Part shown: one piece after another, positions 41,665 through 52,127 of the stretch
Layout of the letters: each line of letters starts with the position of its first letter
How positions within the stretch are numbered: the stretch's first letter is position 1
From: Anaeromyxobacteraceae bacterium
Lineage (GTDB): Bacteria > Myxococcota > Myxococcia > Myxococcales > Anaeromyxobacteraceae
Assembly: GCA_032654565.1 (NCBI GenBank)
Contig: JAULAX010000013.1
Location: 64,001 to 128,000 of the forward strand
DNA length: 64,000 nucleotides
Direction: 5' to 3'
Made by a program: the position numbers and the translations under genes
The notes under the pieces: generated by a model
What the model was told of the DNA's origin: nothing
What the model saw: only the letters and a program-made list of their open reading frames with translations
Database searches by the model: none

Positions 41665-43341
41665 ATGCGTTCCCTCACCCTGGCGCTGCTCCTGCTCGCG
41701 GCCCCGGCCGCCCTGGCAGCCACCCCGCCGGAGGCCCGGGCCCGCAAGGAGCAGGGCGACAAGCTCCGCAAGGCCGGCGACAACGACGGCGCCACCGCGG
41801 CCTACCTGGCGGCGCTGCAGCTCGACGGGGGCTACGCCGAGGCCCACGAGGCGCTCGGCAAGCTCTATTACGCCACCAAGCAGCCGGCCAAGGCCATCGA
41901 GTCCTTCGGCTACGCCGCCGAGATCGATCCCACCTTCGCCATGGCCTGGTACAACCTCGGCTTCGTCGCCAGCCAGTCCGGAGACCAGCCGAAGGCCCGC
42001 GGCGCCTACCAGGCCTACGTCAAGCTCCGCCCCACCGACGCCGACGGACACTACCGGCTGGCCGAGGTAGAGCGGGCGCTGGGGAACAAGGCGGCGGCCG
42101 CGGCCGGGTACCAGCTCTTCCTCGACCTGGCCAGGACGGCGCCGGACCAGGCCCCCCGGGCGGAGAAGGCCACGGCGGCGCTGGCCGAGCTGCGCGGGCC
42201 CACGCCGGCCCCACCGCCTCCCTCCGCGCCGGCGCCCCCCCAGCCCTCCCAGCCCTCCCAGTCCGCCCCGGCGGCCGCGGCGGTGGTCGGCGCCGCGCTG
42301 GCCGGTGGCGCCGCCGCCACCGCCACCGCCACCGCCACAGCGTCCGCAGCTGGTGTCGCGGCCCCCGCGGCCGCGGCCACCGTCGCCCCCGTGCCGGCTG
42401 CGCCCCCGGCGGCGACCAGCCAGGTGAAGGCGCCGGAGGCCCGGGCGACCGTGGCCGAGCCGATCGCGCCGCCTGCCGCCGCCGCGCCGCCAACCGCTGC
42501 CGCGCCGGCGACGCTTGCCGCCGTGGCCCCGACCCCGGCGTACGCCGCCCCGGTTCGCGGCCTGATAGAGAAGCTGGGAGCGGGCGACCGGGCCTACCTC
42601 TCCGGTGACTTCCGCACCGCCCTCTTCACCTACCAGGACGCCGTCTACCTCGACCCCACCAACGCCGGCGCCCGCATCAAGCTGGCCCGCGCCTACACGG
42701 CGCTGCGCCACAAGGAGGAGGCGGCGCTGCAGCTCCGCCAGGCGCTCGAGCTCGATCCCGGGAACGAGCTGGCGAGCAAGCTGCTCCGCGAGCTGGACGC
42801 CCCGGCGCCGTCGCCGGCCGCCCCGGCCACCGGGCCCAGCGCCGCGGCGCCGCTGCCGCCCCCCGCCGCGGCGCCGGCGCAGAAGATGTACCGGCTCACC
42901 GACGACGTCGCCTCGACGCCTCCCCCATCGCCGATCCCGGCGCAGGCCCCGGCTCCCGCCCCTGGCGATCAGCAGCAGGCCACCGGCCACTACAAGACCG
43001 CCGTCACCATGATCGGGGCCCGCGACTTCAAGGGGGCCATCATCGAGCTCGACCAGGCCCTCCGGCTCAACCCACGCCTGGCGGTGGCCCTGGTGGCCCG
43101 CGCCTCGGCCTGCTACGGCCTGGCCCGGTACAAGGACGCCGCCCGCGACTACGAGGCGGCCCTGCTGCTGGCCCCGGAGCTGGCGTCGCCGCTCTACGGC
43201 CTGGCCGAGTCCTACCGGCTCCTCGAGGATCCCCGGGCCGGCGACTTCTACGCCCGCTACGCCGAGAGCACCGCCGACGACGTCCGGCCGGACCTGCGCG
43301 AGGTGGCGCGGCAGATGGCCGTCCAGCTGGGGGCCCGGTAG
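41665..43341 (+). CDS. secreted multi-TPR protein with Ala/Pro linkers
   Basis: Sec signal; three TPR blocks (e.g. AWYNLG, ALELDP, ALRLNP). Confidence 0.85.
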   Translation: MRSLTLALLLLAAPAALAATPPEARARKEQGDKLRKAGDNDGATAAYLAALQLDGGYAEAHEALGKLYYATKQPAKAIESFGYAAEIDPTFAMAWYNLGFVASQSGDQPKARGAYQAYVKLRPTDADGHYRLAEVERALGNKAAAAAGYQLFLDLARTAPDQAPRAEKATAALAELRGPTPAPPPPSAPAPPQPSQPSQSAPAAAAVVGAALAGGAAATATATATASAAGVAAPAAAATVAPVPAAPPAATSQVKAPEARATVAEPIAPPAAAAPPTAAAPATLAAVAPTPAYAAPVRGLIEKLGAGDRAYLSGDFRTALFTYQDAVYLDPTNAGARIKLARAYTALRHKEEAALQLRQALELDPGNELASKLLRELDAPAPSPAAPATGPSAAAPLPPPAAAPAQKMYRLTDDVASTPPPSPIPAQAPAPAPGDQQQATGHYKTAVTMIGARDFKGAIIELDQALRLNPRLAVALVARASACYGLARYKDAARDYEAALLLAPELASPLYGLAESYRLLEDPRAGDFYARYAESTADDVRPDLREVARQMAVQLGAR

Positions 43342-43354
43342 CGACCGGCGCCGC

Positions 43355-43945
43355 TCAGCCGAGCGCCGCCGCCAGGGCGGCGATCGCCAGCAGCCCCGCC
43401 GCCACCAGCAGCAGCCGCGGTCGCCGCCCCGGTGGCGCCGGCCCGGGCTGCAGCGTCGCCGGCTCCAGCGGGTCGACGTAGCGCAGCCGCGTGGCGCCCA
43501 CCTCCAGCACGTCGCCGCTGCGGAGCCGCCGCAGGCCGCGAGCCCGGCCGCCGTTGACCCGCAGGCCGTTGCGCGAGCCGAGGTCCTCCACCGCCGCCCC
43601 GGCGCCGTCGAGCCGGAGCCGCAGGTGGAGGCGGGAGGCGCTGGGGTCGGCCAGCTGCAGCGCCGCGCCGCCGCAGCGCCCCACGGTGAAGTCGCCGGTC
43701 AGCGCCACCACCCGCTCGCCGGCCCGGGGCTCGTGGACCACCAGGTGCGGCCCGGCCCGCGCCGCCCCGCCGGCCTCGGCGCGCCGGAGCAGGGCCGCGG
43801 CGTCGAGCCGGGTCAGCCCCTGGCCGCGACCCACGGCCTCGGCCACCCCGCCCAGGCCAGCCGCGTCGTCCACGTCGTCCACGCCGGCCAGACCGTCCAC
43901 GTCGGCCACACCGGCCAGGTCGTCTCTGCAGGTCATCGCGGTCAT
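43355..43945 (-). CDS. FHA-domain membrane protein
   Basis: VGR, ASRLH, EDLGSRNG, LRSGDVLEVG; C-terminal TM. Confidence 0.85.
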   Translation of the reverse strand: MTAMTCRDDLAGVADVDGLAGVDDVDDAAGLGGVAEAVGRGQGLTRLDAAALLRRAEAGGAARAGPHLVVHEPRAGERVVALTGDFTVGRCGGAALQLADPSASRLHLRLRLDGAGAAVEDLGSRNGLRVNGGRARGLRRLRSGDVLEVGATRLRYVDPLEPATLQPGPAPPGRRPRLLLVAAGLLAIAALAAALG

Positions 43946-46263
43946 CGCTCCCCCCCGCGCCCTTCTCGCCAGAGCGCCACCGGGTCGAGCACCGCCTCGG
44001 CAGGCACCCGCCGCACCACGGCGCCATCGGAGAGGAAGCGGATGGCCCCCTCGTCGGTCCGGACCACCTCGGCGCCGGCCTGCCGCCAGCGCGCCACGGT
44101 CTCGGCGTGCGGGAACCCGAAGCGGTTGCCCGCCCCCACGCTCACCGCCGCCCAGCGCGGCCGGACCGCGGCGACGAACGGGGGCGTGGAGCTGGTGCGG
44201 CTGCCGTGGTGGGGCACCTTGACCACGTCGGCCGACAGGGCCCGACCGCCGGCCAGCGCCGCCGCCTCGCCGGCCGCCTCGACGTCGCCCGGGAAGAGCC
44301 AGGCGGTGGCCCCGAAGGTCACCCGCAGCACCAGCGAGGCGTCGTTCTCGGTCAGCTCGCCCAGCGCCCCACCCACCGCCTCGAACCGGACCCCGGCCCG
44401 CTCCCAGGCCTGGCCGGGGAGGAGCCGCTGCGGCGCAGGCAGGCCGGCCAGGGCGCCTCGCGCCAGCTCGGTGAGCTCCGCCTCGCCGGTCAGCAGCCGC
44501 TCCACCGGGAACGCCGCCGCCACGCTGGCCAGCCCGAGGACGTGATCCGGGTGGGGGTGGGAGAGCACCACCGCCGCCAGCCGCGTCACCCCGAGGTCAC
44601 GCAGCAGCGGCACCAGGTCGCGGGCGCCGGGATCCGGCCCGCCGGGGAAGGTCCCGCCGCCGTCGACCAGCACCGCGGCGCCGTCGGGCAGCCGCAGCAG
44701 CGAGGCGTCCCCCTGGCCCACCGACACCATGATCCACTCCAGCCGCCCCCGCGACGCGGCGACCGCGCCCCGCACCGGCCCGGGGAGCGTGAGGCAGGCG
44801 GCGAAGCCGGCCACCGCCGCCCAGCGCCGCCAGCCGGTGAGAAGGGGCGCCAGCAGGATGGCCCCGCAGGCCACCAGCGCCAGCGGCGGTCCCGGCGAGG
44901 CCACGCCGACGACGGCGAAGCCGGGGGCGGCGGCCAGGTCGGAGACCAGCAGCAGCCCCCGGGCCAGCGGCCAGCAGAGCCAGAGGAGCGGCAGCGCCGC
45001 CAGCGGCGAGGCGGCGGCCACCACCGCGGCCAGCGCCGTGGCCGCGGTGAGCGCGGTGCCGATGGGGACCCCGGCCAGGTTGGCCACCAGCCCCAGCGCC
45101 GGCAGCCTCCGGAACTGCAGGGCGAGGATGGGGGCCGTGGCCAGGCTGGCGGCCACCGTGGCGCAGAAGCCGGAGAGGAGCGGCTCGACCAGGCGGGCCC
45201 GCCAGCTCCCCGGTGGGGAGGGGGCGACCGGCAGGGCGGCGCGCAGCGGCCCGGCCAGGGCCACCAGCCCGGCCACCGAGGCCAGCGAGAGCTGGAGGGA
45301 CGGGTCGAGCAGGGCGCCCGGCTCGGCGCCGAGGCAGACCAGGGCCGCCAGCCCCAGGGCGTTGGCGGGCGATCCCTCCCGGTCGAGGACGGTCCCGGCG
45401 AAGACCGCGCCCGCCGCCACCGCGGCCCGGATCACGGAGAAGCCGGCGCCGGTGGCCAGGGCGTAGAGCAGCGTGGCCGGGATGGCGATGGCGGCCGCGG
45501 CCCTGCGCGGCTCGAACCGGGCGGCCAGCCGATCGGCGCGCAGCAGCAGCCAGCGCAGCGCCCGCTCCAGGCCGGCCGCCACCACCACCAGGTGGAGGCC
45601 GGAGACCGCCAGCACGTGGGCCAGCCCGCTGCGGATGAACGACTCGTTGGTGGCGGCGTCGAGCGCGCCGCGATCGCCGGTGCCGATGGCCCGGATCACC
45701 GCGGCCTCCCGCGCCGGCAGCGCGCCGGTGGCCTCGGCGAAGCGCTGGCGCCCGCGCTCCAGCCAGGCCAGCGGGCTCGGCGAGGCGCAGCGGACCGGGG
45801 GGAGCAGCCCCTCGCCCAGCAGCGGGACCCCCACCGCCGCCAGCCGTCCGCGCTGGTCGCTGGCGCCGGGGTTGCGTGGGCCGGGCGGCACCCGCAGCCG
45901 GGCCCGGACCAGCACCCGATCGCCCATGGCCAGCGGCCACTGGGCGGGCGGCGTCACCAGCTCCAGCCGCCGACCGCCCGGCTCCACCAGCGTGTAGCGG
46001 AGCCGCTCTCCGAAGGGGGCCGGGACCGACCGGATCACCCCCTCCAGGTCCACGGGCGCCTCCCCGGCCGGCTCGGGCCGGGCCCGGGCCACCTCGGCGG
46101 CGAGCCAGCCGGCGACGGCGAAGGCCACCGGGGCGAGCGGGGGGGAGGCGACCAGCAGGAGGAGTCCCGGAAGGGGCGGGGGAGATGGCCACTCGGCCAG
46201 CCCCGCGGCGGCCCCCAGGAGAAAGCCGACGCCGAGCGGGATGAGCGGGGCCCTCGCGTTCAT
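43942..46263 (-). CDS. comEC: DNA uptake competence protein ComEC/Rec2
   Basis: SGLAHVLAVSGLH; MBL domain VGQGDA, SHPHPDH, KVPHHGS, N.FGFP. Confidence 0.94.
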   Translation of the reverse strand: MNARAPLIPLGVGFLLGAAAGLAEWPSPPPLPGLLLLVASPPLAPVAFAVAGWLAAEVARARPEPAGEAPVDLEGVIRSVPAPFGERLRYTLVEPGGRRLELVTPPAQWPLAMGDRVLVRARLRVPPGPRNPGASDQRGRLAAVGVPLLGEGLLPPVRCASPSPLAWLERGRQRFAEATGALPAREAAVIRAIGTGDRGALDAATNESFIRSGLAHVLAVSGLHLVVVAAGLERALRWLLLRADRLAARFEPRRAAAAIAIPATLLYALATGAGFSVIRAAVAAGAVFAGTVLDREGSPANALGLAALVCLGAEPGALLDPSLQLSLASVAGLVALAGPLRAALPVAPSPPGSWRARLVEPLLSGFCATVAASLATAPILALQFRRLPALGLVANLAGVPIGTALTAATALAAVVAAASPLAALPLLWLCWPLARGLLLVSDLAAAPGFAVVGVASPGPPLALVACGAILLAPLLTGWRRWAAVAGFAACLTLPGPVRGAVAASRGRLEWIMVSVGQGDASLLRLPDGAAVLVDGGGTFPGGPDPGARDLVPLLRDLGVTRLAAVVLSHPHPDHVLGLASVAAAFPVERLLTGEAELTELARGALAGLPAPQRLLPGQAWERAGVRFEAVGGALGELTENDASLVLRVTFGATAWLFPGDVEAAGEAAALAGGRALSADVVKVPHHGSRTSSTPPFVAAVRPRWAAVSVGAGNRFGFPHAETVARWRQAGAEVVRTDEGAIRFLSDGAVVRRVPAEAVLDPVALWREGRGGER

Positions 46264-46448
46264 GCGACGAAACGCTCCAGGCCTCGCTCCACATCAGTCA
46301 GATGACCGGAATTGCAGGCGATATTGCATTCTGTCGCAATCTGTGATACAACTTCGCACCAATGCTCCCGCCTCGGCCCGATTGCCACACCTGGGCCGGG
46401 ATCGCTTGGCGAGCGGAGGTCTAAATGTCCGGAACAAATGGAGGAAGC

Positions 46449-46940
46449 ATGTCCCCCAGCTTCAAGGTGGGTGACAAGGCCGTATACCCCGGTCAGGGGG
46501 TCGGCGAGGTCCTCGGGATCGAGCACAAGGAGGTGGCCGGCCAGCGGCAGTCCTTCTACGTGCTCCGGATCCTCGAGAACGGGATGAAGATCATGATCCC
46601 GATGAACAAGGTCAACTCGGTCGGCCTCCGCGAGATCATCGGCGAGAAGGACGTCAAGAAGGTCTACTCCATCCTCCGCGAGAAGGAGGTCTCGGTCGAC
46701 TCCACGACCTGGAACCGCCGCTACCGCGAGTACATGGACAAGATCAAGACCGGCTCGGTCTTCGAGATCGCCGAGGTGCTGCGCGACCTCTACCTGCTCC
46801 GCTCCGACAAGGACCTCTCCTTCGGCGAGCGCAAGATGCTCGACACCGCCCGGTCGCTCCTCATCAAGGAGCTGGCCATCGCCAAGGACTGCGACGAGCA
46901 GGACGTCGAGTCGGACCTGAAGAAGATCTTCAACTGTTGA
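46449..46940 (+). CDS. cdnL: CarD-family RNA polymerase-binding factor (CdnL)
   Basis: FKVGDKAVYPGQGVG, WNRRYR, LSFGERKMLDTA; upstream of ispDF. Confidence 0.93.
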   Translation: MSPSFKVGDKAVYPGQGVGEVLGIEHKEVAGQRQSFYVLRILENGMKIMIPMNKVNSVGLREIIGEKDVKKVYSILREKEVSVDSTTWNRRYREYMDKIKTGSVFEIAEVLRDLYLLRSDKDLSFGERKMLDTARSLLIKELAIAKDCDEQDVESDLKKIFNC

Positions 46941-46980
46941 TCGGCCGCCCTGGCCGCGCGCCGGGGCGGTATGGTCGTGG

Positions 46981-47018
46981 CCGCCGCACGGACCTGGGTC
47001 CGCGCGGCGGTCGCGTTT
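46981..47018 (+). terminator. strong hairpin downstream of cdnL
   Basis: CCGCCGCACGGAC-CTGG-GTCCGCGCGGCGG followed by TCGCGTTT. Confidence 0.5.
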
Positions 47019-47072
47019 CGACGGGAGAAGCCCCGGAACTCCGGCGTGGCGGGTCATGCCGGTTCCGGGATT

Positions 47073-47087
47073 GCAGCGGGAGTGCCA
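47073..47087 (-). promoter_or_regulatory. sigma54-like motif facing antisense to cdnL
   Basis: Minus strand reads TGGCACTCCCGCTGC(A), correct -24/-12 spacing. Confidence 0.45.
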
Positions 47088-47124
47088 AGGTCGGCCGGGG
47101 GCAACGGCCGGCGGAGTCCTGGGG

Positions 47125-48285
47125 ATGATCCTCGGCGTGCGGGTGGGGGCGATCGTGGCGGCCGGCGGGTCCGGGCAACGGGCCGGGCTGGCCAAGCAGT
47201 GGCTGGAGCTGGGCGGCGAGTCGGTGCTGCGCCGCTCGGCCAGGCTGCTGGCCGACTGCCCCCTCGTCGACGAGCTGGTGCTGGTGGTCCCCCCCGGCGA
47301 CGAGGCGCGGGCCGTCGAGGTGCTGGCCGGCCTGGCGCGGCCGGGCCAGGTGGTGGCGGGCGGGGCGGCCCGGGCCGACTCGGTCCGCCACGGGCTGGCC
47401 GCGCTCTCCGGCTGCGAGGTGGTGCTGGTCCACGACGCGGCGCGGCCGTTCGCCAGCCCCGGGCTGGTGGCGCGGGTGGCCGAGGCGGCGGCCCGCGACG
47501 GCGCCGCGCTGGCGGCGCTGCCGGTGACCGACACGGTGAAGCGGGCCGGGGAGGGCGAGCCGCCGCGGGTGGCCGCCACCCTCGACCGGCGCGAGCTCTG
47601 GCTGGCCCAGACGCCGCAGGGCTTCCGGCGAGAGCTGCTGCTGCGCGCCTACCAGGCGGCCGGCGCCGAGGCCTCGGCGGCCACCGACGAGTGCGGCCTG
47701 GTGGAGCGGCTGGGCGCGCCGGTGACGCTGGTGCCGGGCGAGCCGGGCAACTTCAAGATCACCTCGCCGGAGGACGTGGCCCGGGCCCGGGCCCTCACCG
47801 AGGCCCCGGTGGCCAGCGGCGTGGCCTACGACTGCCACCGCTTCGAGGCCGGCCGCCGGCTGGTGCTCGGCGGCGTCGAGTTCGAGGGGGACGGCCTGCT
47901 CGGCCACTCCGACGCCGACGTCTGCGCCCACGCCATCGGCGACGCCATCCTCGGCGCCGCCGGGCTCGGCGACCTCGGCCGCCACTTCCCCGACACCGAC
48001 CCGCGGTGGAAGGGGGTCTCCTCGCTCCAGCTGCTGCGCGAGATCACCGCCCTGGCGGCCGCCGCCGGCTGGCGGCTCGGCAACGCCGACGTGACGCTGG
48101 CGGCGAGGCGGCCGAAGATCGCCCCCCGCGCCGCCGAGATGCGGGCCAGGCTGGCCGAGGCGCTGGGGGTGGCGCCGTCGCAGGTGAACGTCAAGGCCAC
48201 CACCGGCGAGGGGATGGGGTTCGTCGGCCGCGGCGAGGGGATCGCCGCCACCGCCGTGGCGCTGCTGGTGCGGAGGGGCCGGTGA
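47125..48285 (+). CDS. ispDF: bifunctional IspD/IspF
   Basis: AAGGSGQR, VLVHDAARP, QTPQGF (IspD) in frame with YDCHRF..GHSDAD..GDLGRHFP..VKATT.E (IspF). Confidence 0.95.
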   Translation: MILGVRVGAIVAAGGSGQRAGLAKQWLELGGESVLRRSARLLADCPLVDELVLVVPPGDEARAVEVLAGLARPGQVVAGGAARADSVRHGLAALSGCEVVLVHDAARPFASPGLVARVAEAAARDGAALAALPVTDTVKRAGEGEPPRVAATLDRRELWLAQTPQGFRRELLLRAYQAAGAEASAATDECGLVERLGAPVTLVPGEPGNFKITSPEDVARARALTEAPVASGVAYDCHRFEAGRRLVLGGVEFEGDGLLGHSDADVCAHAIGDAILGAAGLGDLGRHFPDTDPRWKGVSSLQLLREITALAAAAGWRLGNADVTLAARRPKIAPRAAEMRARLAEALGVAPSQVNVKATTGEGMGFVGRGEGIAATAVALLVRRGR

Positions 48286-48884
48286 GCGAGCCGACCCTGC
48301 CGCCCCAGCCCGAGGTCGCGCCTGACACCGGCGAGACTCCGGCCCTCCCGCCGCCCCGCCGCCCGTCGCCGCTGCTGGCCCGCTCGCCCGCCTTCGCCTT
48401 CCTCTCGGTGGCGCTCTGCGGGTGGCTGCTCTGGGAGCTGGGGCCCGACGCCGCCTACGCCCTCGGCTCGCGGACGCCCATCGACCTGGGCGGGCCGGGG
48501 GCCTGGGCCTTCGACCGGGCCCGGGAGAACCGGCTGGTGCAGGTGCGCGGCGACCTGGCCGACGCGGTGCCGGTCACCGTCGACCGGACCGGGCAGGCGC
48601 GCACGGTGGGGCGGGTCTCCGGCACCAACCTGCTGGTCGACCGGCCCGGCCGCGGCGGCCCGCCGGTCTACGAGGGGCGGCTGCTCCCGGCCCGGGCCCG
48701 CGCCGACTACGCGCCGGTGGTGGCCGCCATCCGGGCCCGCGGCTCGTCGCTGGGCGACGCCTGGCTGGTGCTGCGCGACGGCGACCGGCCCGGGGACCGC
48801 TGGCTCTCGGTGGCCGGCTCGGCGCTGCTGCTGGTCCTGCTCGCCGTCAACCTGCGGGCGCTGCTGAAGAGCCTGCTCGACTGA
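48282..48884 (+). CDS. hypothetical membrane protein
   Basis: GTG overlaps the ispDF stop; two TM segments; host-like codon usage. Confidence 0.7.
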   Translation: MSEPTLPPQPEVAPDTGETPALPPPRRPSPLLARSPAFAFLSVALCGWLLWELGPDAAYALGSRTPIDLGGPGAWAFDRARENRLVQVRGDLADAVPVTVDRTGQARTVGRVSGTNLLVDRPGRGGPPVYEGRLLPARARADYAPVVAAIRARGSSLGDAWLVLRDGDRPGDRWLSVAGSALLLVLLAVNLRALLKSLLD

Positions 48885-48898
48885 ACGGAACCGATCTC

Positions 48899-50347
<1,449 letters not shown>

Positions 50348-50443
50348 CGCTGCGTCCCGGGAAAGCGGCCTGCGAGGCGATGGCGCCCGCCGACCCCGCG
50401 GCGCCGGCCCGCTGACGGGCGCGGCGGCGGGGCCTGGCCGGGG

Positions 50444-50632
50444 CTACTCCTCGGGCTTGGGCTGCGGCCCGGGAATGATGCCGGCGATGTCGGGATCGAC
50501 GTCGCCCTCGGAGCCCTCGGGGCGGGCGTCCTTCTCGCGCTTGCGCTCGTCGCGGCGGGCGTCCTTCTCACGCTGCTTCTCGGCGCGCTTCGCTTCCTTC
50601 TGGCGCTTCAGGTGCCCTGGGTTGAATGCCAT
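50444..50632 (-). CDS. small basic hypothetical protein
   Basis: GGAGG RBS; KRQKE.KR.EK charged helix and DPDIAGIIPGPQP tail. Confidence 0.75.
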   Translation of the reverse strand: MAFNPGHLKRQKEAKRAEKQREKDARRDERKREKDARPEGSEGDVDPDIAGIIPGPQPKPEE

Positions 50633-50823
50633 CGCTGCCTCCACCACATCAGGTGTTCCAAAAGTGAAAACCCGGCCGACTGGCCGGGGCTCCGTAGCCG
50701 ACTTCGCACGAGCAAGACGGGGGGAATCTAGTCAAAGAGCCACGGAAAGTCGAGGCTTTTTGGGTCCGGGCAGGTACGGGGAGGGTGCGGGACGGGGGCA
50801 AGGCGGCCAGCCTCCGGTGCAGG

Positions 50824-52074
50824 TCACTGCCAGGTCGGGGAGGCGCTGGTGGGGGAGAAGCAGGCCGCCGAGAGGCCGTTGAGCTCGACCCGGCCGGCGA
50901 AGTTGCCGGTGTAGCACCAGGTGGCGCAGGCCGAGGCGGTCTGGCGGGAGAGGCAGTCGCCGCTGAAGAACTGGAGTGTGTCGGTCCCACCGGTCGGGGC
51001 CCAGGCCGCCGCGGCGAGCCGGGCGGTGGCCTGGGTCCAGGTCCCGAGCGTCCCGCAGTCGTAGTAGTTCTGGCCGAGCCCATTGGCGTGGGAAGTCTGG
51101 CAACCGCCGACACAGCAGCCGCTCCCGCTGCAGCAGGCGGTGCCGTTCCCCACGGTGCAGATGCGCTGGCCCGCGGTGCAGCAGGTCCCCTGGGCGCAGG
51201 CCAGGGTCCCGCCGCAGGCGTGGCTGCAGGCGCCGCAGTGGGCGGCGTCGGTGGTGAGATCGGTGCACACGCCGGGCGTGGTGGCGGTGGCCCCGCAGCC
51301 GGTCTCGCCGGGCGGGCAGGCGCAGCTGCCCGCCGTGCAGGTGGCTCCGGTGGCGCAGCGGGTGCCGCACGCTCCGCAGTTGGCCACGTCGGTCTGCAGG
51401 TCGGCGCAGGCGCCGGGGGTGCCGGGGGCGACGCCGCAGGCCACCTGGGTGCCGGGGCAGCCGCACACGCCCGCCGTGCAGGTGGCGCCGGTGGGGCAGG
51501 CGTGGCCGCAGGCGCCGCAGTGGCGCTCGTCGGTCTGCCGGTCGACGCAGGCTCCGGGCGCGGTGCCGCAGGTGTCGGGAGCGGCGGTGGGGCACTGGCA
51601 GGCCCCCGCCGCGCAGCTGGCGCCGGTCGGGCAAACGTTCCGGCAGGCGCCGCAGTTGGCCGGATCGCTCGAGGCGGCGACGCAGAGCGGCCCCGGGGCC
51701 GCGCAGGCGGTGGCGCCGACGTCGCACTCGCACCCGAGCGCGCCGCACGTGCCGACGCCGCAGGCCACGCCGCAGGCCTTGCAGTTCAGCGGATCGCTGG
51801 CCAGGGTGGCGCAGGTGCCTGGAGGGGAGCCGCAGGTCGCCTGGCCGGCCGGGCAGGCGCAGGTCCCGGCCACGCAGCTGGCGCCGGCGGCGCAGCGGTT
51901 GAGGCAGGTCCCGCAGGAGCGGGGGTTGGTCTGCAGGTCGAAGCAGATGCCGCCGCAGGCGGTCTGGCCGGTGGGGCAGCTGACCGGCGCGGCCCCGCCC
52001 GAGCAGCCGATGGCGACGGCGGCGGCGATGGCGGCGACGGTGGCCGCCAGGGTGAGGCGGGCGGGTGAGGTCAT
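50824..52074 (-). CDS. cysteine-rich repeat lipoprotein (myxobacterial MXAN_6577/Stig1-like repeats)
   Basis: Lipobox AIGC; six repeats of C..L.TD..(N/H)CGACG..C..GA.C.AG.C.C. Confidence 0.85.
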   Translation of the reverse strand: MTSPARLTLAATVAAIAAAVAIGCSGGAAPVSCPTGQTACGGICFDLQTNPRSCGTCLNRCAAGASCVAGTCACPAGQATCGSPPGTCATLASDPLNCKACGVACGVGTCGALGCECDVGATACAAPGPLCVAASSDPANCGACRNVCPTGASCAAGACQCPTAAPDTCGTAPGACVDRQTDERHCGACGHACPTGATCTAGVCGCPGTQVACGVAPGTPGACADLQTDVANCGACGTRCATGATCTAGSCACPPGETGCGATATTPGVCTDLTTDAAHCGACSHACGGTLACAQGTCCTAGQRICTVGNGTACCSGSGCCVGGCQTSHANGLGQNYYDCGTLGTWTQATARLAAAAWAPTGGTDTLQFFSGDCLSRQTASACATWCYTGNFAGRVELNGLSAACFSPTSASPTWQ

Positions 52075-52127
52075 GTGGCCGGATCATACTCCGGCGTCGG
52101 GGCGCCGGCCCCGCCCGCCAGCGTCGC

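Noticed and set aside
46342..46358. CRP site TGTGA..TCGCA in the comEC/cdnL divergent promoter
   Set aside because: Half-sites are 7 bp apart rather than 6; more simply part of an AT-rich core promoter
50824..52074. Multiheme cytochrome as substrate for the ccsA pair
   Set aside because: The motifs are CxxCxH (CGACGH, CGACSH), not CxxCH, and belong to a disulfide-type repeat; the same applies to CPACGH in the 20234-20707 protein
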